A DNA stretch of 64,000 bases from Anthoceros angustus (GCA_010909165.1 MU008216.1:1-64000); one strand, 5' to 3'; numbered from the stretch's first letter, positions 1 through 13,098 are shown. Numbers and translations: made by a program. The notes: generated by a model from the letters alone, not told the origin.

Positions 1-102
1 CTCTTCTGTCGAGTTCAGCGGATACAATATCAGTGACGCGGCACCCGCCGTCTTTGAGCGATAGCGACTGCAAAAAAACAGGACATTTTTGGGCGTCGAC
101 AT
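1..102 (-). pseudogene. N-terminus of a second bacterial-type GT4 glycosyltransferase (runs off window edge)
   Basis: ATG at 102-100 overlaps the upstream TGA (TGATG). Adding one T to the T7 run gives MSTPKNVLFFLQSLSLKDGGCRVTDIVSAELDRR, resembling GT4 N-termini (ILF..SL..GG.ERV...LA.EL..R). Confidence 0.5.
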
Positions 103-430
103 CAGGCAGAAATAACTTCTTTGAACATGTTGAGATAGCGATCAGACACTTCATGGCTGTATTTACTGCGGTTTACGCCCCTAAGTCTTGCTACGATACT
201 TTCGTATTGTTGATGGTGTTGTTCTATGATACGTTTCAGCAGGTTGGTGAGCGCATCAATGTCTCCATTTTAAAAACAAAACCATTTTCGCCATGCTGCA
301 CATCTTCGGTGAAAGCCGGTCGAACAATCACGGGCAGGTCATAGTTAAACGCCACTTTCAGGGCGCCGCTTTGCGACACATCTTTATAAGGAAATACGGC
401 CAATTTTCTCTCTCTAAAAATTTTGCCGAA
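102..430 (-). pseudogene. C-terminal fragment of bacterial-type family 4 glycosyltransferase (frameshifted)
   Basis: LAVFPYKDVSQSGALKVAFNYDLPVIV..PAFTEDVQHGENGFVFK, then after a 1-nt shift GDIDALTNLLKRIIE...YLNMFKEVISA*. Typical Glycos_transf_1 C-terminus; no introns. Confidence 0.75.
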
Positions 431-547
431 AAAACCAGGTGGGCGAGGCCCCAGGGCGAGGCAGCGACTTACGCTCACGACCAAAGGATCTCGTGACAGC
501 CATCGCGGGCACAATGCCTGGGCCAATGCTTATACAACGCCGATAGG

Positions 548-3500
548 TTACAAGATAACGGACTTACCCCGAATAATTACGATGCACGAGTTTCGGTGGC
601 ATCCTAGAAGAAAAACAGCTCATGGATATAGTAGATGGCAAAGTACCAAGAAGATTGCGGGCGGTCCAGTAACAACACCTGTGAGGCATGCCTGAATTGG
701 AACCTCAAGGATGAATTAGAGTGGGCGTTCAAAGACAGGAAGGCACGTACCATACTTGTGTCTTCTCGCCCTCACGAGATGATTCCTCACATAAAGCGGC
801 ACATGCCCTCGAAGTCTGGTCACTTTTATCGAAACCTCACGAGTCAAAAGACATGATGGCCAGGGTTCTGTGACGCACTTCCAAAATCTCCATGAAGGAG
901 GCGACTTGAGAGTCATGTTGCTAGGTTTAGGGCTGCTAGAGCCAAACTAGCATCTTGCGGAGTCATCCTTCGAGTCTAGAATGATGCAGTTGCTAGCCTC
1001 ACTTCCCCATTTATGAGCAGGTTTAGTTCCAACAAGCAAGCAATAAGAGTCCCCTTGCGCCACTCAACCGCATCATCAAATCTCACTTTTCGTAGTTGTT
1101 GGAGCCCTCCTGCATGAAATAGCAGAAAACATATGCAAAAGGGAGCATCCTCTAGTTCTTACAAGCGGTGATCGCCCTTTATTGGCGAGAGGTCGAGGTA
1201 GGCGGAGGGCGTGGGCGTGGTGGCGAGGGGCTTTGGAAGAGGCGTGGTGGGTCCTCACGGCCCAATTCAAATTCCTCTTCATCTACCAAGCCCGGTAACG
1301 CAATTATTGTAATAAACCAGACCTTTGGATTAAAAGGCTGCAGGAAGAGAATTAGAGATGAAGCGGCAAAGGTAGGCACACATCGGAAACAAATACACGA
1401 GCTACGCCCTGGTGGCATGTCTTACCTCATCGAAGAAAGGATGTCAAGTGGTTTCTAGGCAGTGGGGCCTCGAATCACATGTGCTCAAACAGAAGTCATT
1501 TATTACCTATGAGCCTTCCGTGTGTCATCAACATGTTGTTTTAGGGATGACTCCACCATACCCATTAGGGGTTGGAACCATACAAATCACTTTGAAGGAT
1601 GGGAGCTCCTTACTCTTAGAATTCCATGCATGTTCCAAAGATCGCTAAAACCCTGAGTAGTACAATGGCACTAGGAAAGACGAATCAATACAGGATTACC
1701 TTTGAAGGTCTTGGTTACATATCGAATCAACCCCAATCGTCCCTATTGCGCAAGGAACACCACTATTTGACCTTTACCTCATGGATTTCATATCGACATT
1801 CCTCCAAAGGTATGCTTGCCATTAAACGCCGCCCCAAGTTAGCTACGAGTGCCTTTAAGTGGCATGGGTTGGGGCATCCTAATATAAAAGCTATGCGAAG
1901 ATTGCTGCGAGAGAAAATGGTAACTGGATTTGGTGAATCGAATTACGACCTTGACACAGTGTTGCTTGTGCATGGCAAACAATTTAAGTCACACTTGAGT
2001 GGAAAACCTCGAGGCAACAAGGCTAGATTTGGTCCACACAGATATCTGTGGGCCAATGTCAGTGAACTCATGGGGAGGAGCAAGATATTTTGTGGTGTTT
2101 GAAGATGACCAATCACATTTTACAGTCACTGAACTTCTTCACCAGAAAAGTCAGGTCTTCGACAGCTTCAAACGATATCTTGCATGTAAAGCGCGCATCG
2201 AAGAAGCTCAAATGCATCCGTCCGATAATGGAAAGGAATATCTATCTACCTTCCCGTGAGTTCGCCAAGAGAAAGGAATTACACGTCAACTTACCATTCC
2301 ATATCATTCAGATATGAATGGACGTGCGTAAAGGAGACATAGGACTATCCAAGACGCTAGGGCACTTCTGCTTGGAGGTTACCAATTGCTCATGTATGCA
2401 CAAGTGGCAACGTATTCCAAACAGATAGTCTCTCTCTTCAAGACTCTTCAAGCATGGACTAGTAGTAAGCTTCGATCTTTCTCACCTTCGAGTTTTTGGT
2501 AGTACTTTATGCACATATCCCGCATAAGCCACGAAGTTTTCTTTTAAATCTAAAAGACACATCTTCATAGGCTACACCGGAATACACGGTTATAAGTTGT
2601 TTGAACCACAAACCCGCCGTGTCATTCATGCTCATCAGTAGCTCTTCGATGAGCCTGTTCTTTGAGCCTCCTACACACCTTTAACGATTTTGTAGATCCC
2701 GAGTCGTAGAATTGCTCAACCCACGTAAATCATCGTTATCTACCCCATAGTGGATGATAGTGATTCGACGTAGTGAATTCCCCGTCAAGATCCTTCTTAC
2801 CTTGAACTCGACACCCCGAGGCCTGCTCCATGCCAGCCCACTTGTTCCTCCCGGCCCCGCCCTAATCCACCTCCAAGACCAGATCCACCACCCTCGATGA
2901 TGATGATGACCTCACCGGCTCGCCTCCAGCTTGTAGGTCCCCGATCTCCAGCACAGTGCCCCCACCTTCCCCGACGATTGGTTTGTTGGACGATCCGGTT
3001 GAGTATGTGATGCCTCAACCTCCTAGAAGGTCCACAAGGGTTCGCAGACCTCCGCCAAGCGGGCGTGAACCCCCTATCGGAGTGAAGATTTTCGTAAGGT
3101 TCCTACCACATGGGTCTTGTCGATGAAGTTGTGGACATGGTGAACGTTATCACCAACTCGGATATGAGCCTCCACCTACCACGAGGCTGTCACCGGATCA
3201 GAAGCCAAACATTGGAAAGCAGCTATAAAATGAGTATGACTCATTGATCGTAATCAATACCGGAGTTATGCCGCACCGAGGGGAGGAAGATTGTTACATC
3301 CAAGTGGGTGTTTAAACTCAAATATAAAGCACGGGAGCATTGCTGTATAAAGCTCGCCTTGTCGTCATGGTTTTTCTCAAGTCCCGGCTTGACTATCATG
3401 ATACCTTCTCACCATTGTCAAGTCTCTCCCTCGTAGTCTTGTTCTCCATGTCCGCATTCTTTGGTCTCCATATTCATCAAATGGACGCCAAGACCGCCTT

Positions 3501-4606
3501 CCCGCATGGTAAGTTAGAAGAGGAAATATTCATGCAAAGAACTGAGGGTTTTGAGTTTGTAGGAAAGAAGACTGGTTTGTAAGTTACTTAAGACCATTTA
3601 TGGTCCGGGCGAGTCCACGTGCGGCACGTGTATAGATGAGTTTCTCCTGGCTGGGTTTCCTCAAGAGTTCTGCAGACACCAATGTGTACTTCTGCAAGAG
3701 CAAATAGGTTATGTTATTTTAGCTCTGTATGTAGATGATTGCATCATTAGGAACTAACTTAGAGGGAATTTCCAGAGTCAAGGGTCCTGTTGTCGTTTTG
3801 ACATGGTTGATGTTGGAGAGCTGTCGTATTGTCTTGGCACTCAACTCCAACGTGACCCTGCTAGCGAGACATTGGTTATTCATCAAGAAAGTATATTTAT
3901 GATATGTTCAGCTCAAATACAAGTTGTCGGACTTAAGCCCTGCCTACAGATTGGAGATGTGGTGCAAACTTACCCGCCTTCCTCAACACCCAATCGAATA
4001 GAGAGTCGAGATGGAAATTCCTATGCTCAAGGCTTGGCTCTCTTATCTTCCGCTCCAATAGCAGCGATGTAGCCTCCTTAGCATGCATGGTTTCTCAAAG
4101 ACTTGAAGCAACCTTTGGAAGAGCATTGACAGCTTAAGAGAATACCACGTTATCTCAAGGGTACTAGCGGACATGGCATACATTACACAAAACAGTATAT
4201 GGACGAGGAAGGGTTCACTCTTGTTGGATCTGTGATGCGGGCGGTGATCCGGATACACAAGGTCGGGCCGCCACGCCTTCCTACTTGCGGTGTGTGACCG
4301 GTCTCTAAGAAACAATCAACCGTGTCACCGCCTCCCCACTTGAAAGGTAATACCCGGCTCGACCGGCAAAGGAGGCAACGGTCACAGCAGATTGTTAGCG
4401 ATTTAGGTCACCTCGGAGTGATCCAACAGAATATTCAGACAACCAGTCCGCTCTAGCTCTAGCACAAAATCCTGTTTTTCACGCACGTACAAAACATATA
4501 GAAGTACATCACCATTTTGTGAGGCATGCAGTAGAAACAGGACAGGTTAAGCTGGAGTATGTTCCAACAGAATCAAATGCAGCTGACCTCCTTACCAAGT
4601 CCCTAC
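548..4606 (+). pseudogene. Copia A gag-pol, many frameshifts
   Basis: ORF-track fragments 635-856, 1626-2102, 1999-2259, 3340-3582 and 3803-4072 give gag, GAG-pre, integrase, RT and RNase H motifs. Confidence 0.85.
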
Positions 4607-4757
4607 TATCGTGGTTATCGCAGAGCTACCGAACGAAGTGCATCCATGATCGAGACCAGAAAACGCGAGCGTAGGGCAAAACAGTATATCTTCATTGAGG
4701 TTCAAAGAAGCATTAAACAAAAAGTGTTGTAACTGCTTTTAACCTAAGTTAATTACT
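4607..4757 (-). repeat. Partial LTR of Copia B inside the first duplicated copy
   Basis: Matches 6136-6272 and 12743-12890 (tatcgtggttatcgc...gatcgagaccag...aagcattaaacaaaaagtgttgtaa). Confidence 0.85.
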
Positions 4758-6272
4758 AAATGAGTATGACTCATTGATCGCAATACACAGGAGTTATGCC
4801 GCCACCGAGGGGAGGAAGATTGTTACATCCAAGTGGGTGTTTAAACTCAAATATAAAGCACGGAGCATTGCTGTATAAAGCTGCCTTGTCGTCATGGTTT
4901 TTCTCAAGTCCCGTGCTTGACTATCATGATACCTTCTCACCATTGTCAAGTCTCATCCCTCGTAGTCTTGTTCTCCATGTCTCGCATTCTTTGGTCTCCA
5001 TATTCATCAAATGGACGCCAAGACCGCCTTCCCGCATGGTAAGTTAGAAGAGGAAATATTCATGCAAAGAACTGAGAGGGTTTTGAGTTTGTAGGAAAGA
5101 AGACTGGTTTGTAAGTTACTTAAGACCATTTATGGTGCAAGCAGTCCACGTGCACGAGTGTATAGATGAGTTTCTCCTTGGCTGGGTTTCCTCAAGAGTT
5201 CTGCAGACACCAATGTGTACTTCTTGCAAGAGCAAATAGGTTATGTTATTTTAGCTCAGTATGTAGATGATTGCATTACGCTAGGAACTAACTTAGAGGG
5301 AATTTCAGAGTCAAGGGTCTGTCATTGTCAGTCGTTTTGACATGGTTGATGTTGGAGAGTCGTATTGTCTTGGCACTCAACTCCAACGTGATCTCGCTAG
5401 CGAGACATTGGTTATTCATCAAGAGAAGTATTTTATGATATGCTGTTCAAATACAAGTTGTTGGACGCTAAGCCTCGCTACAGATTGGAGTGCAAACTTA
5501 CCAGCCTCTCACCAATCGAATCGATGTCGAGAGAGCCGAGATGGAAACAGCCTCTATGCCTGCTTGGCTCTCTTATCTTCCGCTCCAACAATAAGCAGTC
5601 TGGCGATAGCCTCCCAGGTTAGCATGGTTTCTCAAGACTTGAAGCAACCGAAGAGCATTGACAGCAGCTTAAGAGAATACCACGTTATCTCAAGGGTACT
5701 AGCGACATGGCATACATTACACAAAGCAGTGGCTATGGACGAGGAAGGGTTCACTCTTGTTGGATCGTGATGCCGATCGGGCCCGATCCGCACACCAAGG
5801 TCACCGCCACGCCTTCCTACTTGCGGTGGAGCCGTGACTGGTCTTCTAAGAAACAATCAACCGTGTCACCGCCTCCTCTCTGAGGCGCGTAATACTCGGC
5901 TCGACTCCGGCAAGGAGGCAATGTCAGCAGATTGTTAGCGATTTAGGTCACCTCGGAGTGATCCAACAGTATATATAGACAACCATCCGTCCTAGCTCTA
6001 GCACAAATCGCTTTTCACGACGACAAAACATATAGAAGTACATCACCATTTTGTGAGGCATGCAGAGAAACAGGATAAAGGCCGGAGTATGTTCCAACAG
6101 AATCAAATGTACCGACCTCCTTACCAAGTCCCTACTATTTGGTTATCGCAGTACCGAACGGGCATCCAAGGATCGAGACCAGAAAACGCGAGCGAAAGGG
6201 CAGATATCTTCATTGAGGTTCAAAGAAGCATTAAACAAAAAGTGTTGTAAACTGCTTTTAACCTAAGTTAAT
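4758..6272 (+). repeat. ~1.5 kb tandem duplicate of 3227-4757 (RT-RH of A plus LTR-B fragment)
   Basis: Both copies start aaatgagtatgactcattgatcg and end aacctaagttaattac; they differ mainly by small indels. Confidence 0.9.
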
Positions 6273-6323
6273 TACGAAACGATATTGGGTTAGTGTCTCG
6301 ATTAGGTAATTGCCAATCTAACA
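6136..6323 (-). repeat. 3' LTR of Copia B
   Basis: Starts TGTTAGATTGGC on the minus strand right after PPT; matches 12743-12936. Confidence 0.9.
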
Positions 6324-6777
6324 CGCCCCTCGACCTAACGCCAACCTTATCCCGTACCGAAAGCTTGAGGTGAAGCGCTAAGATCCCGGTCTTCACATTC
6401 TTAGCTTCGAGTCGCGAACTCACTCAATGCGCCCGCTATGGCTTGTGCACACCGCGGATCGCCTCCTAAGTCCCATCCTCACCGCAAGGTGATTAAGGTG
6501 AAGAGCGACCCCAAGCATCTACAATGTGTGAAGATGCCGCAAATCGAATCGAGAAATGCCGTAATAGGCGCGTGCCTCTTCCGTGGTCATAACTCATGCC
6601 CGCAGCATTGATATGGCAATAAAGCTAGATGCTTCGTGAGTCTGTTTGTTTACCTTGATGCTTCATCCAGATCGATTCATGTGTGTGTGTAGGTGATGCG
6701 TGATAGGCTCCAATAATCGAGGCGTAACACATGTGGAGATGTGTTCTCTGTGGATTCCCAAATGCTGCATCTAAACC

Positions 6778-9700
6778 TTAGGTGCTATGGCGATGCCGCT
6801 TGTTTTCCAGATAAGTTGCCGCCCCGTCAAGCCCAATGTCGCGATGTTGTTCATGGGTTGCCTTAGGAAGGCCCTTAGTCAACAGCAACATTCTCTCGTG
6901 TGCACATATTGAAGCCGGATCACGCGCTTTACCGCTTGAGAATAAAATGGAACTGTATCTCAATGTGTTTCGATCGTGCATGAAGGATAGGATTGTGAGA
7001 GCAATAGCGATCGATTGTCGCATAATATTGTGGCTGCCTGTTGCTTCCGTGAATGCCCTCCATGAATTGACGGACCCATATGATTTCACGCAAGTGATAG
7101 GCTCCGTATTCCGCCTCAATCGAGAGGCTCACTGTTGTAAGTTTCTTAGATTGCCAAATGGCGATGATCCACATAAGCAGATATATGCGCGATGGATTTC
7201 CTCGAATCCACATCACCAGCCCGTCAGATCCGAATAAGAAGTAAGTATACCACTTCCAGTATGTATATTTCATAGAGTGCATGTCCCTTGAGATAACGCA
7301 GGATTCTTTTGACAGTCCGGCTTGACTGGTTTGAGAGGAACGGACACACCTGACTGAGATGTCCGCCGAGTCCAACCACCAAGTACAAGAGACTACCTCG
7401 CTTCTATAGGGTACCTTTGCCATTTCGCAAAGTCTGGGGTTGTTGGACTCCTCGATGGATAACTTCTCTCGGATGCTATAGGGGTAGTGACAGGATGTAA
7501 TGTTGAAAGATTGAATTTGGACAAGAATCGTCTTATGAAGTGTGCGATGGATGGTGACAGTCCTATCGGGCTAAAGCTAAGCTGGATGCCTAAGGCGAAC
7601 TTCAAGGACCTACATCGGTCATGTCCCATTCTTGTGACAGGCTTCTTTCATTTCTCGCCAAAATGTTGGAATCACTAGCAAAGAGAAAATTATCATCAAC
7701 ATATATGCAATGATACAAAGTCTCTTCATTACATATACACTGCTGCGAGAGGTCTGAAACCAAGCGTAACTTCTCGGCTCTTGCATTCCACATTCTTGCA
7801 TGTTCCGTATATAGATTTGAAGTGACATACCTTAGTTGGATCGTAATGTAGCCTTCCGGTTCATTCATGTAAATAGTCTCCTTTAGTTCTCCGTTTAAAA
7901 GGCCGCTTAACGTCCATTTGGTGGACAAGGAGCTTGTGTTTTACAGCATAACTCAAAAGAATCCGCATAGATGTCGGCTTCCACCAGGATCGAAAGTTTA
8001 TAGTCCAAACTCGAACTTGGTATAGCCGGGCCACTAGGCGAGCTTTAAACCGAGCAACCGTACCATCTGGATTTAGCTTCAACTTAAACACCCATTTGGA
8101 TGTAATGGGCGCCTATCCTGGAGGTAAGGTCACCACCCAAGTGTGATTTGTGATGAGGCTATTGTATCAATCGATGGCTTTTTGCCATTCGACTTTGTAG
8201 GGCCTGATAGGGCTTCTTTATATGGCGTGTGTATCCGGAGGATCAAGAATCAAGCGTGCATTTGTAGCTAGAGCGCTAAGGAAGTCCTTGGTGGAACATA
8301 AACAAAGGTGTCACTGGTTCATAAGGTGGCTTAATCCACTCGACCTAGGGCGATGGTCCTAGCGATCACGAGGTAGACCTCCTCATCATCGCCAATTGTA
8401 CATGTTCTTACGGTTGAGGAATTTCATCTAACTCGAGGAATAGCATCTAACTGCGGTGGTCTTTAGTTTCATCTACCTCTGCGGGATCAGGCCGGAGGTT
8501 CAATCTCGGAGGGTTATCAATACATGCAGGGATCCGTAATGGAGGTGCCGCGTGGTGTCTATCCTAAAGGTGCAGAGCAATGAGTGATGAGGAACTCAAG
8601 GAAAATCGAAATATCTATGTCTACTGCCTTCTTCTAAGTGTTGTTGTGGAGTATGACCATAAATTGAAGGTTCGACAAGGGTTTGTGGCTTGTGATCAAG
8701 ATGAGAGGCAATGATGAAGCTCTCGTTAAGCTCACACTCTAGCTAGGTAAGTTGCCTGTATGGGCTATACCTGTAGCCCTTTATTCAGTAATACCCAACA
8801 AAAATATGTTTTGTAGCTCGATTGTCCATCTTACCACGCTTCTCCGTGTGTATGCATAGGTGCCGCGCCAAAGATGCGTAAATGGCGATCTGGTTTGTGC
8901 CTCCACCGCTCAAAGGTGTATAGAGTGGTGGCTTTCTGCAGCCTGCTCAATATAATTAATTTGCTATACCTTCCAAGAACCCCTTGTAAGTCCCGGCCGA
9001 TGAAAGAGTAGCTCAACGTTCTTGCAAAGTGCGATTGTATCTCTCGACACGAGTTTTGTGTGATGATAGGGTACCGTCGGTTGGTGAATAATGCCCTTCA
9101 TCAATATGATTGGAAGTCCCGATCGAGGTATTCTTCGCATTGTCACTCCTTAGTTTCTTAAGAATGCACTTGAGTCTCGCTAGTTGTACATAATCGAGGA
9201 ACTTATCATATGTTTGGTGACGATTATGAAAAATATATATGGCGAATGGCTCCACTCATCTAGGAAGCAAAAATAAATTGCCCCACCAAACGATGCGCTT
9301 GACATCGGGCCACATATGTCGTGCACCACATCTAACAGCCCAGAGCCTTTGTAGGTTCGGGATCATTGTATGGCTTTTGTGCCATCTTCCCAACTTGCGC
9401 TTCACGAAGAGGTGATCATTCGCTTTAAAAGAAATTGGATCCTTGTACAACTCGGTTTGCTAACAACTTGACGTATGTATGTCATGCTAGGATGGCAGAC
9501 GATGATGCCAAAGAGAAGTCTTGTCTACATCACTCTTGGCATCACCACTAGCCCATATGCATACTCTCAAAATGATAAAGGTCATTGTAAGTGATTCCTT
9601 CTCCCAATATAAAAACGATCATGTGTAGATGTTATCAGACCACTAGGTGTGAAACATACTTGGTGTCGTGGTCTATAACAAGTTTCGACGATGAAGTTTT

Positions 9701-11900
9701 TCTTCATGCTAGGGACATGGAGGACACCCGCAATGTGATGTGTGTTCCACCTTTCATTAGGGAATGAGACATCACCATATCCAAAGAATCGCAAGTCCAT
9801 TGCGTCCTAGCGACAAATTGGCTAGTTGGTGCTGGCTTGTAATTGATAAATTTGTCTTTAGATTGACAAATGTGGTGAGTGGCACCGAGTCCAAAACCAC
9901 ATACTTGTATCGCTTGTGTAAGTGACAAACATATAGCAAGGATGGTAGGTGGCTTGGAGGCGCCTGTGAGGAGTCGCTTTGTCCACGAGTCACCATGTTT
10001 GTCTCCGCACTTCACGGCGAGGCTCTCCCCGCTTCTTTCTCGCATTCAAAATGACTGAATTTTGCACGGATGTGCCCTTCTTTTTCCGTCTGTGTATAAG
10101 AGGTTGGTGCGGGATAGGGTCTTCCCTTCCTCGACGCCCCTCTCCACGCCCCTGTAGAGGACATGTGAACTATGTTGTCACGACCTCGTCCGAGCAACTC
10201 TTGGATTCCTCTTCCAAAGAATGCACTTGAGTCTCGCTAGTTGTACATAATCGAGGAACTTATCATATGTTTGGTGACGATTATGAAAAATATATATGGC
10301 GAATGGCTCCACTCATCTAGGAAGCAAAAATAAATTGCCCCACCAAACGATGCGCTTGACATCGGGCCACATATGTCGTGCACCACATCTAACAGCCCAG
10401 AGCCTTTGTAGGTTCGGGATCATTGTATGGCTTTTGTGCCATCTTCCCAACTTGCGCTTCACGAAGAGGTGATCATTCGCTTTAAAAGAAATTGGATCCT
10501 TGTACAACTCGGTTTGCTAACAACTTGACGTATGTATGTCATGCTAGGATGGCAGACGATGATGCCAAAGAGAAGTCTTGTCTACATCACTCTTGGCATC
10601 ACCACTAGCCCATATGCATACTCTCAAAATGATAAAGGTCATTGTAAGTGATTCCTTCTCCCAATATAAAAACGATCATGTGTAGATGTTATCAGACCAC
10701 TAGGTGTGAAACATACTTGGTGTCGTGGTCTATAACAAGTTTCGACGATGAAGTTTTTCTTCATGCTAGGGACATGGAGGACACCCGCAATGTGATGTGT
10801 GTTCCACCTTTCATTAGGGAATGAGACATCACCATATCCAAAGAATCGCAAGTCCATTGCGTCCTAGCGACAAATTGGCTAGTTGGTGCTGGCTTGTAAT
10901 TGATAAATTTGTCTTTAGATTGACAAATGTGGTGAGTGGCACCGAGTCCAAAACCACATACTTGTATCGCTTGTGTAAGTGACAAACATATAGCAAGGAT
11001 GGTAGGTGGCTTGAGGCGCCTCGTGAGGAGCGCTTTGTCCACGAGTCACCATGTTTGTCTCCGCACTGTAAGGCTTCCAGAGGCTCTCCACCGCTTCTTT
11101 CGCATTCATTTTCAAAATGACTGACGCACGGATGTGTGCCCTTCTTTTTCTCGTGTGTATAAGAGGTTGGTGCGGGATAGGGTCTTCCCTTCCTCGACGC
11201 CCCTCCCACGTCCCGGGGTGTAGAGGACATGTGAACTATGTTGTCACGACTCGTCCGAGCAACTCTGATTCCTCTTCCAAAGAATGCACCAACAACTTGT
11301 GAGAAGGTAATATTAGCACCGGTTTGCAAAATTAGTTTGAGTAGTAACAAATGCTCGTAGCTATGTGGATGGGAAGGATGTAAGTAGCCTTCGCTTCGTC
11401 AATACACGCGAAGCAAGCTTAGCACGCAAGCGAAATTTATGTAAGTGATGCTCCACACTATCACTTTCCTTCATACGGCCATAGAATTGTCCGTTGCTTA
11501 TATGTCGCCCATCCTTGGCTGAACATATCCTTAAATAAACTCCATCACGCAGACGTGCCCTTGAGTATGTTGTATCATGTTCCTATCAAGAGTCGATAGG
11601 ATTATACTGCTCTTTTATCTTGCTTTTCCCAAGCTTTAATTTGATCTGTGCCTTTAGGATTTGCTAATGCTGGATTTGTACTCTTCACGACATCCATGAG
11701 GTCATGCTCTTCAAGATTGCCTCCATTCAAGCTCCCAGTTGGGTAACTGAGCCATTAAACCGTCCTTATCTTCATATCCAGCTTGAAAGTTGTGTTATTA
11801 ATGGTTGTGTTTGTCCCCATGATTGGAGGTTGAGGTGGAGGAGGTGTATGTGTAAACGAGGTGCTTTAGGCCTAGGGTACCTATGTGGTGGTGACGCATG
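6778..11900 (-). pseudogene. Copia B gag-pol, frameshifted, with internal duplication
   Basis: ORF fragments 6929-7423 (RH), 7602-7928 and 7861-8091 (RT), 9013-9450 (INT/GAG-pre), 9772-9996 and 10829-11350 (PR/gag C-terminus). Confidence 0.85.
9163..11290. repeat. ~1.06 kb tandem duplication within Copia B (9163-10217 and 10218-11290)
   Basis: Identical ORF translations at 9256-9450 vs 10313-10507 and 9582-9800 vs 10639-10857; junction 10-mer AAGAATGCAC. Confidence 0.92.
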
Positions 11901-12731
11901 TTGTGGTACTAACAAAGGTGTGTGCACTACATAACCTATCTAGAAATTTCTAGAGAATTGAGGACTCAATCCTCACCGAACATTGTGGCTAAGGACCCTA
12001 ATATTTGATCTGGCTGGTACTATCATCAAACCAAAAGATGGATTACATCGAAATGTTAGGCTTGGAAGCAATGAAGAGTGTCCGCCCAAACATCTTGGAA
12101 ATCAGAGTGTGCAAGATGATGATTGCATGGTAACTTGTGACAACTTCTTGGTGAGAATACCTATTTGCTTTTGTAGTTGGATCCGATCTTTCCTATATTT
12201 GGGCTATGGCGCTTGGTGCTTAAGGATGCCTACCGTAATGTTCAAGTGCCTAATTGCTATGTTGTTTGGTTGTGATGGATGGTGTTGTGAAGATGCAGAC
12301 GGAATACATGCCGGTCTTCTACACGCAATTCATAGCAACAATTACCTGCAAGTGCGATAATCGCTTAGGAGAAGGTGGATCATAATCTCTTGAAAACCTA
12401 TCTCTATTCCTTGTCATGGTGCAGATCTCGGGCGTTTTGATTACGGTCCCACTTGCTCAAAGCTCACTTTTGCTTACGCAAGGTAATATAAAGCGCTTTT
12501 CTTCCTCCTTCCAAGGGATACTCATAGGTGGTGCTTTCCAGATCGACGCGGCCGCACGCTCCATGCCGCTAATGTAACGAAAATGCGTCTAATTGCGCAC
12601 CCAAGGATCCGATCCTTGTGATCACCGAGTATGCAGATCGCCTAGGGTTTTCATGCCTCCTATGGCGATGTCGCTTTCCAATTTGATGGTGCGACCTCAT
12701 ACCGTATGGGATCCGTGACTCGGTCCATGGT

Positions 12732-12742
12732 GCTCGATACCA
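12732..12742 (-). promoter_or_regulatory. Primer-binding site (tRNA-iMet-like) of Copia B
   Basis: TGGTATCGAGC directly after the LTR end; canonical is TGGTATCAGAGC. Confidence 0.8.
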
Positions 12743-12936
12743 TATCGTGGTTATCGCGTAGCCACCGAACGCGCATCCATGATCGAGACCAGGAAAAACG
12801 CGAGCGTAGGGCAAAAGATATCTTCATTGAGGTTCAAAGAAGCATTAAACAAAAAAGTGTTGTAACCGTTTTTAACCTAAGTTAATTACGAAACGATATT
12901 GGGTTAGTGTCTGATTAGGTAATTGCCAATCTAACA
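12743..12936 (-). repeat. 5' LTR of Copia B (TG...TA)
   Basis: 194 bp, bounded by TSD CCTAC and the PBS. Confidence 0.9.
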
Positions 12937-13098
12937 CCTACCTAGGCTGAAGCACTATCAATTCAAAGAAGCCTTGGGTGTCTTAGGTCCACTTCACACA
13001 TAACAAGTTCAGTAGCAAGTGAGAGCAGTGGCCTTGAGGCTGATAAAAACTGGTTCCAAGACTAAACCTAGTCTACATCTTCTAAAGTCCGACCTTTT

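Larger units (their letters stand above)
6136..12936 (-). mobile_element. Ty1/copia element B, full length, nested in the RNase H of A with 5-bp TSD CCTAC
   Basis: LTRs 6136-6323 and 12743-12936; CCTAC at 6131-6135 and 12937-12941; PBS TGGTATC-GAGC; PPT GAGGGGCG. Minus-strand PR VLDSGATHHI, RT FKLKLNPDGTVARFKARLVA and IYVDD, RH NPILHARSKHIEIQFHFI. Confidence 0.92.
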
